From an uncultured Gemmatimonadales bacterium (GTDB lineage Bacteria; Gemmatimonadota; Gemmatimonadetes; Gemmatimonadales; GWC2-71-9): DNA of 64,000 bases. Of the stretch, positions 34,884-45,102 are shown piece by piece (the first letter of the stretch is position 1; each line of letters opens with the position of its first letter). The stretch is from NCBI GenBank assembly GCA_963828735.1, contig CAWHFW010000005.1, positions 2,016,001 to 2,080,000 of the forward strand. The letters are read 5' to 3'. The position numbers and the translations under genes are program-made. Under the pieces are notes generated by a model that worked only from the letters and a program-made list of their open reading frames with translations, had not been told where the DNA came from and did not search any database.

Positions 34884-35888
34884 ATGTCTACCATGGTTCC
34901 CCTCTCCGTCCTCGACCTCGCCCCCATCGTCGAAGGCGGCGACGCCGCCGACGCGTTCCGCCGCTCGCTCGACCTCGCCCGCCACGCCGAGCGTCTGGGC
35001 TACCGCCGCTTCTGGCTCGCCGAGCACCACGGCATGCCGGGTATCGCGAGCGCGGCCACCGCGGTCGTCATCGGCCACGTGGCCGCCGGCACCTCCACCA
35101 TCCGCGTCGGCGCCGGCGGGATCATGCTGCCGAACCACGCGCCGCTCGTGATCGCGGAGCAGTTCGGCACCCTGGCCTCGCTCTTCCCCGGACGCATCGA
35201 CCTCGGGCTTGGCCGGGCGCCGGGGTCGGACCAGCTCACCACCCGCGCGCTGCGACGGAGTCCGCTGGCCGCCGAGACCTTTCCGGCGGATGTCGTCGAG
35301 CTGATGAGCTATTTCCAGCCGACCCATCCCCGACAGCTCGTGCGGGCCGTGCCCGGCGCCGGGCTCGACGTGCCGATCTGGATCCTGGGCTCGAGCCTGT
35401 TCGGCGCGCAGCTCGCGGCCGAGCTCGGCCTGCCGTTCGCCTTCGCCTCGCACTTCGCGCCGGCCGCGCTCGACGAGGCGCTCGAGCTCTACCGCGCCCG
35501 CTTCAAGCCCTCCGTCCAGCTCGAGCGCCCTCACGTCATGCTCGGTGTCAACGTCTTCGCGGCCGAGACGGACGATGAGGGCCGGCGGCTATTCAGCTCG
35601 CTGCAGCAGGCCTTCGTGAACCTGCGGCGCGGCCACCCAGGCAAGCTGCCGCCGCCCGACGCTGGGTTCGTCGAGCGGCTGCACCCGGGCGACCGACGGT
35701 TGCTGGATGAGATGCTGTCGTGCTCGGTGGTGGGGTCGCCCGCGACGGTGCAGCGCGGGCTGGAGGCGTTCGCCGCCCGCACCGGCGCGGACGAGCTCAT
35801 GGTCGCGTCGCAGATCTACGATCACGAGGCGCGGCTGCGTTCCTACGAGCTAGCGGCCGGTACTCCAGCCGCCGCCGTCCTGCCTTGA
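34884..35888 (+). CDS. LLM-class flavin-dependent oxidoreductase (luciferase family, YhbW-like)
   Basis: [36 protein letters not shown]. Confidence 0.92.
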   Translation: MSTMVPLSVLDLAPIVEGGDAADAFRRSLDLARHAERLGYRRFWLAEHHGMPGIASAATAVVIGHVAAGTSTIRVGAGGIMLPNHAPLVIAEQFGTLASLFPGRIDLGLGRAPGSDQLTTRALRRSPLAAETFPADVVELMSYFQPTHPRQLVRAVPGAGLDVPIWILGSSLFGAQLAAELGLPFAFASHFAPAALDEALELYRARFKPSVQLERPHVMLGVNVFAAETDDEGRRLFSSLQQAFVNLRRGHPGKLPPPDAGFVERLHPGDRRLLDEMLSCSVVGSPATVQRGLEAFAARTGADELMVASQIYDHEARLRSYELAAGTPAAAVLP

Positions 35889-35977
35889 GGCGATAGACCC
35901 CGTCACCAGCCGGCTCGTGGCGGCGGATCCTGAGCGGTATTCCGGTGCGGGTGAACTCACCTCACCCCCCCGCTCTC

Positions 35978-37363
35978 ATGGAGTTACCCTTTGATACCGC
36001 CATGATCCAACACCTGCTCGACACCTACGGGTACGCCGCCGTCCTGCTGCTTGTGGCGCTCGAAAGTCTGGGCATCCCGCTGCCCGGCGAGACCGCGCTC
36101 CTCACCGCCTCGGCCTATGCCGCCACCGGCCACCTTTCGATCGTGGGCGTCATCGCCGCGGCGGCAGCCGGCGCGGTGCTGGGTGACGCCGGGGCCTATT
36201 GGATCGGGCGGACCGGCGGGCTGGCCCTCATCCGGCGCTACGGGAAGCTGCTCGGCGTCGACGAGGCCAGGCTCGAGCGGGCCCGCGGGTTCTTCAAGCG
36301 CCATGGCGGCAAGACGGTGTTCCTCGGCCGCTTCGTGTCGCTGTTTCGCATGCTCGCCGCGCTCCTGGCCGGCGTGACCCGGATGCCCTACGGCCGGTTC
36401 TCGGCCTTCAACGTGGCCGGCGGGATCTGCTGGTCGGTGCTGTTCGGCAGTCTGGGCTATTTCTTCGGCCGCCAGCTGCCGCACATCGAGCATGCCATCG
36501 GACAGGCCGGCGCGCTCCTCGTGCTGCTGGGGGCACTCCTCGTCGGGCTGGTTCTCGCGGGCGGCTGGGTGGTGCGCAACGCCGCCGAAATCCGCGGGTG
36601 GGTCTCGCGGCTGATCCGGCGGGTCGGCGCCTCGCCGTTCATTCAGGGCGTGCGCGAGCGGCACCCCAAGGCGTGGTCGTTCGTGGCGCGGCGGTTCGCG
36701 GCCGGCGAGTACCTGGGCCTCCACCTGACTCTCGGCCTGCTGTTGAGCCTCGGCGCGCTGTGGCTGTTCGGGGGCATCTCGGAAGACGTCGTCCACCACG
36801 ATCCCATCACGCAGGTCGACCTCACGATCGCGAGCGCGTTGCACCGGCACGCGACCCCGACCGGCGTCGCGATCGCCAAGGGCTTGAGCTTCCTCGGCTC
36901 GCCGGGATTCGTCGCCGCCTGGGGACTCGGCCTCATCGTCGTCCTCCTCGTGCGTCGGCGACCGCTGCTGGCCGGTGGCTGGATCGCGGCGGTCGCGGGC
37001 GGCGGCCTGCTCGACCTCGCGCTCAAGCGGGTGTTCCACCGGACCCGACCCACCTGGGACGTGCCCCTGCTGACGGCTCGAGGATGGAGCTTCCCGAGCG
37101 GACACGCCATGGGATCGCTCATTGCGTACGGCATGCTGGCCTACATGCTGGTCCGGGATGCGGAGGGTCGCCGCCCGCGGATGGCGATCGTGGTGGGGGC
37201 CGTGCTGCTCGTCCTCCTCATCGGCCTCAGCCGGATGGTCCTCGGCGTGCACTACTTCAGCGACGTCCTCGGTGGCTATGCGGCCGGCGTGGTGTGGCTG
37301 GCGACATGCATCACGGGCCTCGAAGTCGCGCGGCGGATACCGCCGGGTACGCCCTCCTCATGA
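35978..37363 (+). CDS. Bifunctional DedA / PAP2 phosphatase
   Basis: ESLGIPLPGE and FLGRF (DedA); KRVFHRTRP, SFPSGH, SRMVLGVHYFSD (PAP2). Confidence 0.92.
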   Translation: MELPFDTAMIQHLLDTYGYAAVLLLVALESLGIPLPGETALLTASAYAATGHLSIVGVIAAAAAGAVLGDAGAYWIGRTGGLALIRRYGKLLGVDEARLERARGFFKRHGGKTVFLGRFVSLFRMLAALLAGVTRMPYGRFSAFNVAGGICWSVLFGSLGYFFGRQLPHIEHAIGQAGALLVLLGALLVGLVLAGGWVVRNAAEIRGWVSRLIRRVGASPFIQGVRERHPKAWSFVARRFAAGEYLGLHLTLGLLLSLGALWLFGGISEDVVHHDPITQVDLTIASALHRHATPTGVAIAKGLSFLGSPGFVAAWGLGLIVVLLVRRRPLLAGGWIAAVAGGGLLDLALKRVFHRTRPTWDVPLLTARGWSFPSGHAMGSLIAYGMLAYMLVRDAEGRRPRMAIVVGAVLLVLLIGLSRMVLGVHYFSDVLGGYAAGVVWLATCITGLEVARRIPPGTPSS

Positions 37364-38799
37364 GCGGCGCGAAAGGCAAGTCGGCCTTCCTGATCATCAG
37401 CCCTCGGCGGGGCAAGAACGTCGCCCGGCTCGCTGACCTGCTGGCCGTGCTCTCCGCGGCGGGCTGGAAGACCGACACCGCCCTCAAGGAGTTCGCCGGG
37501 CACACGATGGTCCTGGCGCGAGAGGCGGCGGAGGCGGGCTACGATCTCGTGATCGGCTACGGGGGAGACGGAACGCTCAATCAGGTCGTCAACGGTGTCA
37601 TGGCCGCCAAGCGGGGGCGGAGTGTCGTCGGTCTCATCCCCGGTGGGACCGCCAATGTCTGGGCCCACGAGATCGGGCTGCCGGACGACCCGGTCAAGGC
37701 CTCGCTCCTCCTCATCAACAGCGACGGACGCAAGGTCGACCTGGGACACGTCGGGGTGGACGCGCTTCACCTCCCGTCCACGAAGAACGGACCGCCGGGG
37801 AAGCCCCCGTCCGGCCGCCGGCATCATTTCCTCCTCATGGCGGGCCTGGGCATCGATGCCGCCGTCATGCGCCGGGTCTCCGCGCCGCTCAAGGAGAGGA
37901 TCGGTCAGGCGGCCGTTGCGCTCGCGGCGGCAAAGGAGCTGCCCTTTCAGCACGCCTTCCCGATCGAGATCGCGTCTTCGGTCCCGGGCGAGGAGAGGGC
38001 CGTGCTCTGGAAGGGCGACGCGCTCCAGGTCATCGTCGGCAACACGCGCAGGTACGGCAACATCGCCGAGGTGACCGGGGACGCCCACATTGATGACGGG
38101 CTGCTGGACATCGGCATCATTACCGCGGGGGATCCGCTTTCCACCATGGAGCAGGTCCTCGCGGCTCTGCTGCATCGCGAGCCGGCCCACGGCCGGTCGG
38201 AATATTTTCGCGGCCGACGCTTCTGGATCACGGCGCCCGCCTCCGTCGGCCTGCAGGTGGACGGGAGCCGGGTGAAGCTCAAGGACTACCTGGCGGGCCT
38301 GGATCGGGCGGCACTCGGAGGGGCAGAGCATCCCGAGGCGGTACTCGTGACCTACCGGTTCGACGCGATGCCAAAGGCGGTGCATCTGGCCATACCGCGC
38401 TCCTACGACGGCGCGCTGTTCGAGGGCAGAGCGGGGAAGGAAGGTGAGCGGGAGGACGGCGTTGGGGGCGACACGCTTGGATCGGAAGGCGGCCGACAGG
38501 CTGAGCCGGTCGACGCGCTGCTGGAGGAGGGACGGAAGATTACCGTGGTCGCGGTCGGCCCGAACCCGGAGCGCAAGGCAACCTGGATCGTTGCCGGCGC
38601 GACCCCGGACAAGGACACCGGGGAGTCCAAGCCCGTCGCCGTGCGCATCGACCGCGACACCAGGCTGGTCACGCCTGACGGAGAGTCGCTTCCGCCGGCC
38701 GCCGTGGCGAAGCTTTCGGAGGGAAGCGCGATCGTGGTGGAAGGGAAGCGAAGCAAGCGCGGGGTGATCCGGGCGAAGCGAGTCGTCGTGGTGAGCTGA
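37360..38799 (+). CDS. Diacylglycerol/lipid kinase family protein (YegS-like) with an extra C-terminal domain
   Basis: GGDGTLNQVVNG, IPGGTANVWA, GLGIDA, QVDG; ATGA-coupled to the DedA-PAP2 gene. Confidence 0.88.
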   Translation: MSGAKGKSAFLIISPRRGKNVARLADLLAVLSAAGWKTDTALKEFAGHTMVLAREAAEAGYDLVIGYGGDGTLNQVVNGVMAAKRGRSVVGLIPGGTANVWAHEIGLPDDPVKASLLLINSDGRKVDLGHVGVDALHLPSTKNGPPGKPPSGRRHHFLLMAGLGIDAAVMRRVSAPLKERIGQAAVALAAAKELPFQHAFPIEIASSVPGEERAVLWKGDALQVIVGNTRRYGNIAEVTGDAHIDDGLLDIGIITAGDPLSTMEQVLAALLHREPAHGRSEYFRGRRFWITAPASVGLQVDGSRVKLKDYLAGLDRAALGGAEHPEAVLVTYRFDAMPKAVHLAIPRSYDGALFEGRAGKEGEREDGVGGDTLGSEGGRQAEPVDALLEEGRKITVVAVGPNPERKATWIVAGATPDKDTGESKPVAVRIDRDTRLVTPDGESLPPAAVAKLSEGSAIVVEGKRSKRGVIRAKRVVVVS

Positions 38800-38811
38800 C
38801 GTCGCCGAATC

Positions 38812-40140
38812 TCACAACTGTTTCCGCAGCACTCCCGCCATCCGTTCCTCGACCCGCTCCAGAAGTGACCGATGCCGCCATGCCTCGGCCGTGATCTCGC
38901 GCGACCGGGCCCGGTCCTTCGTGAAGGCCGCCGCCTGGGCAGCGCCGAATGCGGGGTCGTAGACGTTGAGGTTGGCCTCCTGATTGAGCCGGAACGAGCG
39001 GTCGTCGAAGTTGGTCGAGCCGACGGAGCACCAGATATCGTCCACCACCATCACCTTGGTGTGGTACATCGTCGGCTGATACTCGAAGATTTTCACGCCG
39101 GCGTCGAGCATCGGCCCCCACATCAGGCGCGACGCCCTGCGGACCACCTGCGCGTCCAGAATCGGACCAGGCACGATGATCTCGACGTCCACGCCGCGCC
39201 GGCGGGCTGCGACCAGCATGTCCACGGTCGTCTGGTCGGGCACGAAGTAGGCGTTCGCGATCAGAATCCTCCGGGTGGCCGCGGCGATGGCGAGCAGAAA
39301 CATGACGCGAAGGTTGCCGTTGCCGCCCTTGGGCGAGCTCCAGAACACCTGGCCGAGCTGCCCGCCCTCGCGATCGAGGTCCGGGTAATAGCCGGGCCCA
39401 TCGAGCATCACGCCCTGGGTCTCGAACCAGTCGTCCATGAACGCGGCCTGGAGCTGAGCGACCACGGGTCCTTCGACCCGGAAGTGGGAGTCGCGCCAGT
39501 GCTCCGAGTCCTGGGCGTGGCCCAGCCACTTGTCGGCCACACCCATGCCGCCGGTGAACCCCAGGCGCCCGTCCACGATCAGCAGCTTCCGGTGGGTGCG
39601 ATGATTGAGGTGGTCGAGCTGGTAAAAGTGGAGCGGACGGTAGAACACGACCTCGACGCCGGCCTGCCGAAGCCGCTTGATGTCGTCCTTGTCGACTTTC
39701 TGGGACCCCGCCCAGTCGATCATAACGTGCACATGCACGCCGGCCCGGGCGCGCTCGGTGAGCGCGGCGGTGAACTGGTGTCCGATCGCCGATGACCAGT
39801 AGATGTAGCTCTCGAAGGTGATCGTCCGGCGCGCCGAGCGGATGGCCGCGAGCATGGCCGGGAAGGCCTCGTCGCCGTTGTAGAGCGCGGTGACCCGGTT
39901 GCCGGCGACGAAAGCGGGGCCGAGCAGACTCCCCATCGTGCGCACGAACTGCGAGTCGGTGGCGGCGTAGCTGTGGGGGAGGGGGTGCGCGACCTTGCGC
40001 TCGGAGCTCGCCAGGTTGGCGTACAGGAACGCGATCACGAGCACGGCGCCCACCGCCAGGGCGATCTCGGCGGCGCGGAGTCGCCGCCAGCGCTCGGCCA
40101 GATCCTTGACGTCTTTGAACACCGATCGCTTCGCCGGCAT
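38812..40140 (-). CDS. cls: Cardiolipin synthase / phospholipase D family
   Basis: Two HKD motifs (HRKLLIVD, HTKVMVVD); GSTNFD. Confidence 0.9.
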   Translation of the reverse strand: MPAKRSVFKDVKDLAERWRRLRAAEIALAVGAVLVIAFLYANLASSERKVAHPLPHSYAATDSQFVRTMGSLLGPAFVAGNRVTALYNGDEAFPAMLAAIRSARRTITFESYIYWSSAIGHQFTAALTERARAGVHVHVMIDWAGSQKVDKDDIKRLRQAGVEVVFYRPLHFYQLDHLNHRTHRKLLIVDGRLGFTGGMGVADKWLGHAQDSEHWRDSHFRVEGPVVAQLQAAFMDDWFETQGVMLDGPGYYPDLDREGGQLGQVFWSSPKGGNGNLRVMFLLAIAAATRRILIANAYFVPDQTTVDMLVAARRRGVDVEIIVPGPILDAQVVRRASRLMWGPMLDAGVKIFEYQPTMYHTKVMVVDDIWCSVGSTNFDDRSFRLNQEANLNVYDPAFGAAQAAAFTKDRARSREITAEAWRHRSLLERVEERMAGVLRKQL

Positions 40141-40173
40141 GCCGGGACGTCCCGTGGAAGAGGCGTCCTTGAT

Positions 40174-41031
40174 CTAGCCCCTTCCTTCCGCCTTGGCCAG
40201 CCCAGCGCTCCCGGTGGCCTCGGGCACGACGACGGCCCACACCGGACGGTGGTCGCTCGCGCCGCGGGTCTCGTGCAGCACCCCGGCCCGCCCTGGACCG
40301 GCCGGCACAAGCCGCCGGACGAAGATGTGGTCCCAGGTGAAGATCGAGATGGTCGGGTCGATGTGGCGCGTGAGCCAGCGATATCCGTTGCGCTCGAGGA
40401 AGGGGCCGATCCCGTAGCTGTTGAAGTCGCCCGCGATCACGACGGGCCCGTCGAAGCGGCCAGCGTCCGCGAGGATCGTCCGCACCTGGTCTTCCCGCGC
40501 CCGGTCCGACCCTCCGGACGGCGTCTCCAGGTGGACCCCATAGACCCGCATCCTGACACCCCGGACGACCACCTCTGCTGCGGTCGCGTTCCGTCGCTGG
40601 TGGCGGGTGCGGCTTGCGTGGGGCAGCAGCACCTTCCAGCTGCGCGCGATCGGCCAGCGGGAGAGCACGGCGGGGCCGAAGTACTTGTGGTCGGTCGGGT
40701 GGATCGAGCCGGGGTAGTAGACGTAGTTGAGGTCGAGCGCCCGGGCGATGCGGTCCACGCCGCGGTCGTCCATCTCTTCCAGGGTGACGATATCGGCGCC
40801 GCGAAGACTGTCGCTCCGCAACACCTCGATGGCGCGGTCGATCCGGCGGGCGAGCTTGATGTTGAAGGTGACGATCCGGATCGGACCGGTGACTCGGGAA
40901 TCATTGCCGAGCAGCGCGTACTCGCCCGAGAACCGTGGCGAGGCGGGATCGAGCAGGTTGGTCGTGCGGGCGCAGCCGGCCAGGAGGGCGGCGGCGAGCA
41001 CGGTTCGGAAGGCGAGATCGGACACGGTCAT
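40174..41031 (-). CDS. Endonuclease/exonuclease/phosphatase family lipoprotein
   Basis: Lipobox LAGC; TFNI, AGDFN, DHIF, SDHRPV. Confidence 0.88.
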   Translation of the reverse strand: MTVSDLAFRTVLAAALLAGCARTTNLLDPASPRFSGEYALLGNDSRVTGPIRIVTFNIKLARRIDRAIEVLRSDSLRGADIVTLEEMDDRGVDRIARALDLNYVYYPGSIHPTDHKYFGPAVLSRWPIARSWKVLLPHASRTRHQRRNATAAEVVVRGVRMRVYGVHLETPSGGSDRAREDQVRTILADAGRFDGPVVIAGDFNSYGIGPFLERNGYRWLTRHIDPTISIFTWDHIFVRRLVPAGPGRAGVLHETRGASDHRPVWAVVVPEATGSAGLAKAEGRG

Positions 41032-41041
41032 GGAGTAAATG

Positions 41042-41176
41042 CTAGCTCGACGGCGCGGGCCTGGAGGCGCGTGGCGGGACCTTCGCAAGCACCCGTGCCA
41101 CCGCGGCGCGGAGTCGCTCGAGTTGCAGCGCCTCCATTCGTTCGCGGGTAAGGCTCTCGACCTCAGGTTTCCACAT
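41042..41176 (-). pseudogene. paaK: Truncated phenylacetate-CoA ligase N-terminus
   Basis: MWKPEVESLTRERMEALQLERLRAAVARVLAKVP, then a stop after 44 aa; overlaps the aminotransferase stop at the end of the paa operon. Confidence 0.75.
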
Positions 41177-42431
41177 CCAGCCGCTCGAGCGCCCCTCGCA
41201 ATCGAACCAGCAGCTCTCCGATGGCGCTCTCCGACACGCTGCCGACCGAGAGCCGGAACCACCCTGGCTCACCGTCGAAGCCGAAGGCCTCGAACGGCAC
41301 CACGGCAAGGCCGGCTTGCTCGAGCAGGTAGCACCGCATGACCTCCGTGGAATCCAGGGCCTGACCTCCGGTGCCACGCCCCTTCGGCGGGCCGAACCGC
41401 ACGCTGAGATACATGCCGCCCGAAGGTGCGACCACCTCGACGGGCAACCCGTCTCGCCGCATCGCCAGCATCCCGGCATGCAGCCGGTCGAGCCGCTGTG
41501 CGAGACCGGTCTGCATCGTGCGACGGGCCGCGGCGACCGCCTCCGCATCGGCCAGCATCTCTGCCGTGCCAACCTGCGCCGGCCGCGGAGCCCAGGCGCC
41601 TACATGACCCAGAAAGGCGTTGAGCTGGCCCGAGAGATCCGCTGGCGCGCAGATCCAGCCAACCCTGAGACCGGTCGCCGCGAACACCTTGGAGATGCCG
41701 TCCACCAGAATCGTGTAGGGCGCCACCTCCGGGCAAAGCACCTGTGGCACCACGTGCTCGAGCCCGTGGAAGGTCAGCATCCAGTACACTTGGTCATACA
41801 GCAGGTAGAGCGGCGGCTCGTCCGGCGACCGCCGCGCGTTCTCCGCCACGACCGCGTCGCAGATGGTCCCCAGGGTCGCCGCGTCGAACGCGGTGCCAGT
41901 GGGGTTGACCGGGGAATTGAGCACCAGGAGTCGCGCACCCCGGAGGGCGGGTGCCAGCATGTCCGCGGTCGGAAGGAAGGCGGTGTCACTGCCACACTGG
42001 ATCGGAACCGCGGTGGCTCCGGCCAACTCGCAGTAGCTGTCGTTGTTCCAGGAAGGTACCGGGAACACGACTCGATCGCCTGGTTCGATCGTGAGCTGAT
42101 ACGCGGCGAACAAACCCGGCCGGGAGCCGCCGGTGATCACGATCGAGCTGGCGGGAATCGCGAGGCCGAGCTCGCGGGCGTAGAGCGACGAGACCTGCTC
42201 CCGGAGCGCCGGGATCCCCACCGACGGCGGGTAGTTCGTCTCTCCGCGGCGAAGCGCGGCCTCGATGCGCTCGAGCAGCAGCGGCGGAATCGGAAACTCG
42301 CGCGGGTCGAAGTCGCCGATGCTCAGGTTGCAAATCTGCCGCCCGCCGGCCTGGAGCGCCCGAACCTCGTCGGCGATCGCCAGAATGCGCGACCCGACCA
42401 GGCCGGCGAAGCGGCGGCGGGTCGGGGTCAC
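41163..42431 (-). CDS. Class I/II PLP-dependent aminotransferase
   Basis: NSPVNPTG, DQVY, DGISKVFAATGLRVGW; GTGA-coupled to paaZ. Confidence 0.9.
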   Translation of the reverse strand: MTPTRRRFAGLVGSRILAIADEVRALQAGGRQICNLSIGDFDPREFPIPPLLLERIEAALRRGETNYPPSVGIPALREQVSSLYARELGLAIPASSIVITGGSRPGLFAAYQLTIEPGDRVVFPVPSWNNDSYCELAGATAVPIQCGSDTAFLPTADMLAPALRGARLLVLNSPVNPTGTAFDAATLGTICDAVVAENARRSPDEPPLYLLYDQVYWMLTFHGLEHVVPQVLCPEVAPYTILVDGISKVFAATGLRVGWICAPADLSGQLNAFLGHVGAWAPRPAQVGTAEMLADAEAVAAARRTMQTGLAQRLDRLHAGMLAMRRDGLPVEVVAPSGGMYLSVRFGPPKGRGTGGQALDSTEVMRCYLLEQAGLAVVPFEAFGFDGEPGWFRLSVGSVSESAIGELLVRLRGALERLDVET

Positions 42432-44473
42432 GCCGCGGAAGACCGCTTCACGAGCGTGAGGATGGTGTAGACGGCGACCGGCTCGGCGCTCTGGTTGGTC
42501 ACCTCCACGTCCCACGCGACGACTCCCTGCGGCACCTGCCCGTCAACGGTATCTTTCGCCGTCTTCTGCTTGCAGGTGAGCCGGGCACGGATGGTGTCGC
42601 CGGGGTAGACCGGCTTCACGAAGCGGAGATTGTCCAGCCCATAGTTGGCCAGGACCGGTCCAGGCGCGGGATCCACGAAGAGCCCAGCGGCGGCGGAGAG
42701 GACGAAGTACCCGTGGGCCACGCGCCGCTCGAACAACGAGGCCTTCGCGGCGACATCGTCCATGTGGGCGTAGAAGAAGTCGCCGCTGATGCCGGCGAAA
42801 TTGACCACGTCCGCCTCGGTCACGGTCCGGCTGTGGGTCAGCCAGGTCTCCCCGATGCGCAGCTCCTCGAAGTGCTTGCGGAACGGATGGACACCGTCGC
42901 TCAGCTCGGGGCCGCCCTGGACCCATTGGCGCCCGACCGCCGTGAGTGTGGCGGGGGTCCCTTGCAGCGCGGAGCGCTGCATATAGTGAAGGACACCCCG
43001 GACGCCGCCCATCTCCTCACCGCCTCCGGCGCGCCCGGGCCCGCCGTGGATCAGAGGGGGCAGCGGCGAACCGTGCCCGGTGGACTCCTTCGCGTTGTGG
43101 CGATTGAGAACCATGAGCCGGCCGTGGTACGCGGCGGTGCCCAGCACGACCTCGCGGGCCACCACATCGTCCGCCGTGACGACCGACCCGCAGAGGCTGC
43201 CGCGGCCCAGCTTGGCGAGCGCGACCGCCTCGTCCAGCGTGCGGTATGGCATCACCGTGTTCACCGGACCAAACGCCTCCACGTCGTGCGGCTCGGTCTT
43301 CCCGAACGGCGCGTCACAGTAGTAGAGCAGCGACGGGAAGAAGGCGCCCTTCGCCGCGTCGGCGCCCACCACCTCGAAGTGATCCGGGTCGCCGTAGACC
43401 CGCTCGCACGACGCGGCGATCAACGCCGCGCTCCCGCCGACCTCGCCCACCTGGGCCCGGCCGGCCAGCGGCCCCATCCGGACCCCGTCCTTCGAGGGGT
43501 CGCCCAGCGTGGCGCCGGCAAGCCGCTTTGAGAGCGCCCGGACCACGTCTTCGGTCATCCCCTCGGGCACCATGGTGCGCCGGATGGCGGTGCACTTCTG
43601 CCCCGCCTTCACGGTCATCTCCTTCGTCACCTCTTTGACGAAGAGATCGAACTCCTCCGAGCCCGGCGCGGCATCGGGCCCGAGGATGCAGTAGTTGAGT
43701 GAGTCGGCCTCGAGGTTGAACCGGACCGATTCGGCGATCACGCGCGGGTGGCTCTTGAGCTTGCGGCCGGTTCCGGACGAGCCGGTGAAGGTGACGACGT
43801 CCTGGCAGGTCAGGTGGTCGAGCAGGTCGCCCACGCCGCCGCAGATGATCTGGAGCGCGCCCTCCGGGAGGATTCCCGCGCTCACCATGCTGCGCACCAT
43901 TCGCTCGGTGAGGTACGACGTGACGGTGGCCGGCTTGACGATGGCCGGCATGCCTGCGAGGAAGGTGGGCGCGAGCTTCTCCAGCATGCCCCAGCAGGGG
44001 AAGTTGAAGGCGTTGATGTGGACCGCCACCCCCTCGAGCGGCACGCATATGTGCCGGCCGAGAAAGCTGCCCCCCTTCGAGAGCCGCTCCACCGAGCCGT
44101 CGACGTAGAAGGTCTCGTCGGGGAACTCGCGGCGACCCTGGCTGGCATACGCGAAGAAGGTGCCGATGCCACCCTCGATGTCGATCCAGGAATCGGCCTT
44201 GGTCGCCCCCGTGCCGGCCGAGACCTGATACAACTCCTCTTTCCCGGCCATGAGATGCTGGGCCATCGCCTTGAGCATCCGGGCTCGCTGGTGGAACGTC
44301 ATCGCCCGCAGCTTGGGCCCGCCCACCCGGCGGCTGTACTCCAGCATGCCCTTGAAGTCGAGGCCCTCGCTGGTCGACTCCGCGATTTTCTCCCCGGTCA
44401 CCGCGTGAAACAGCTCGGTCGCCCGGCCGGTCCCGGTGACCCACTCACCCTGCGCGTAACTCTGCAGTCGCAT
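42428..44473 (-). CDS. paaZ: PaaZ oxepin-CoA hydrolase / aldehyde dehydrogenase
   Basis: [29 protein letters not shown]-terminal MaoC domain. Confidence 0.96.
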   Translation of the reverse strand: MRLQSYAQGEWVTGTGRATELFHAVTGEKIAESTSEGLDFKGMLEYSRRVGGPKLRAMTFHQRARMLKAMAQHLMAGKEELYQVSAGTGATKADSWIDIEGGIGTFFAYASQGRREFPDETFYVDGSVERLSKGGSFLGRHICVPLEGVAVHINAFNFPCWGMLEKLAPTFLAGMPAIVKPATVTSYLTERMVRSMVSAGILPEGALQIICGGVGDLLDHLTCQDVVTFTGSSGTGRKLKSHPRVIAESVRFNLEADSLNYCILGPDAAPGSEEFDLFVKEVTKEMTVKAGQKCTAIRRTMVPEGMTEDVVRALSKRLAGATLGDPSKDGVRMGPLAGRAQVGEVGGSAALIAASCERVYGDPDHFEVVGADAAKGAFFPSLLYYCDAPFGKTEPHDVEAFGPVNTVMPYRTLDEAVALAKLGRGSLCGSVVTADDVVAREVVLGTAAYHGRLMVLNRHNAKESTGHGSPLPPLIHGGPGRAGGGEEMGGVRGVLHYMQRSALQGTPATLTAVGRQWVQGGPELSDGVHPFRKHFEELRIGETWLTHSRTVTEADVVNFAGISGDFFYAHMDDVAAKASLFERRVAHGYFVLSAAAGLFVDPAPGPVLANYGLDNLRFVKPVYPGDTIRARLTCKQKTAKDTVDGQVPQGVVAWDVEVTNQSAEPVAVYTILTLVKRSSAA

Positions 44474-44476
44474 GCC

Positions 44477-45097
44477 TTACTCTCCGTCGGCCGGTGCCGC
44501 TGGTCTGGTCTCGTGCCACGTCTGGTATGACGCCTGCTGCTCGGGGCGGTCCGGCGGGATCTGGCGGAGCGGCTCGCTCGGCTGGAGCGACCGGTGCAGC
44601 CGTTGCGGCAGTCCCTGGTAGAGCCGGGTGCCCTCGGTCTTCCACTGGAGCATGGCGTCCGACACTTCCTTTACCACTCGGGCCGGATTTCCCGCGACGA
44701 CCGAGCGCGGCGCGATCTGCATATCGGCCGGGACAAAACAAAGGGCGCCGACGATCGATTCCGCGCCCACCACCGCCCGATCCATCACCACGGCGTTCAT
44801 CCCGACCAGCGCGTTCCGTCCGATCCGGGCCCCGTGTACCACCGCACCGTGGCCAATGTGCGCACTGGCCTCGAGCACGACGGTCACGCCGGGGAACATG
44901 TGAACGGTGCAGTTCTCCTGGATGTTGCAGCCGTCCTCGATGACCACACCGCCCCAGTCACCCCGAATCGCCGCGCCCGGCCCCACGTACACGTCCCGCC
45001 CGATCACGACGTTGCCGGTCACCGTGGCATTGGGATGAATGAAGGCCGACTCGTGGACCACGGGGATGAAACCTTCGAACGCGAAGACGTTGGGCAC
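44477..45097 (-). CDS. paaY: PaaY-like gamma carbonic anhydrase / hexapeptide repeat protein
   Basis: AIRGDWG, NIQENC, HIGHGAVVHGA, WKTEGTRLYQ. Confidence 0.88.
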   Translation of the reverse strand: MPNVFAFEGFIPVVHESAFIHPNATVTGNVVIGRDVYVGPGAAIRGDWGGVVIEDGCNIQENCTVHMFPGVTVVLEASAHIGHGAVVHGARIGRNALVGMNAVVMDRAVVGAESIVGALCFVPADMQIAPRSVVAGNPARVVKEVSDAMLQWKTEGTRLYQGLPQRLHRSLQPSEPLRQIPPDRPEQQASYQTWHETRPAAPADGE

Positions 45098-45102
45098 GAG
45101 CC

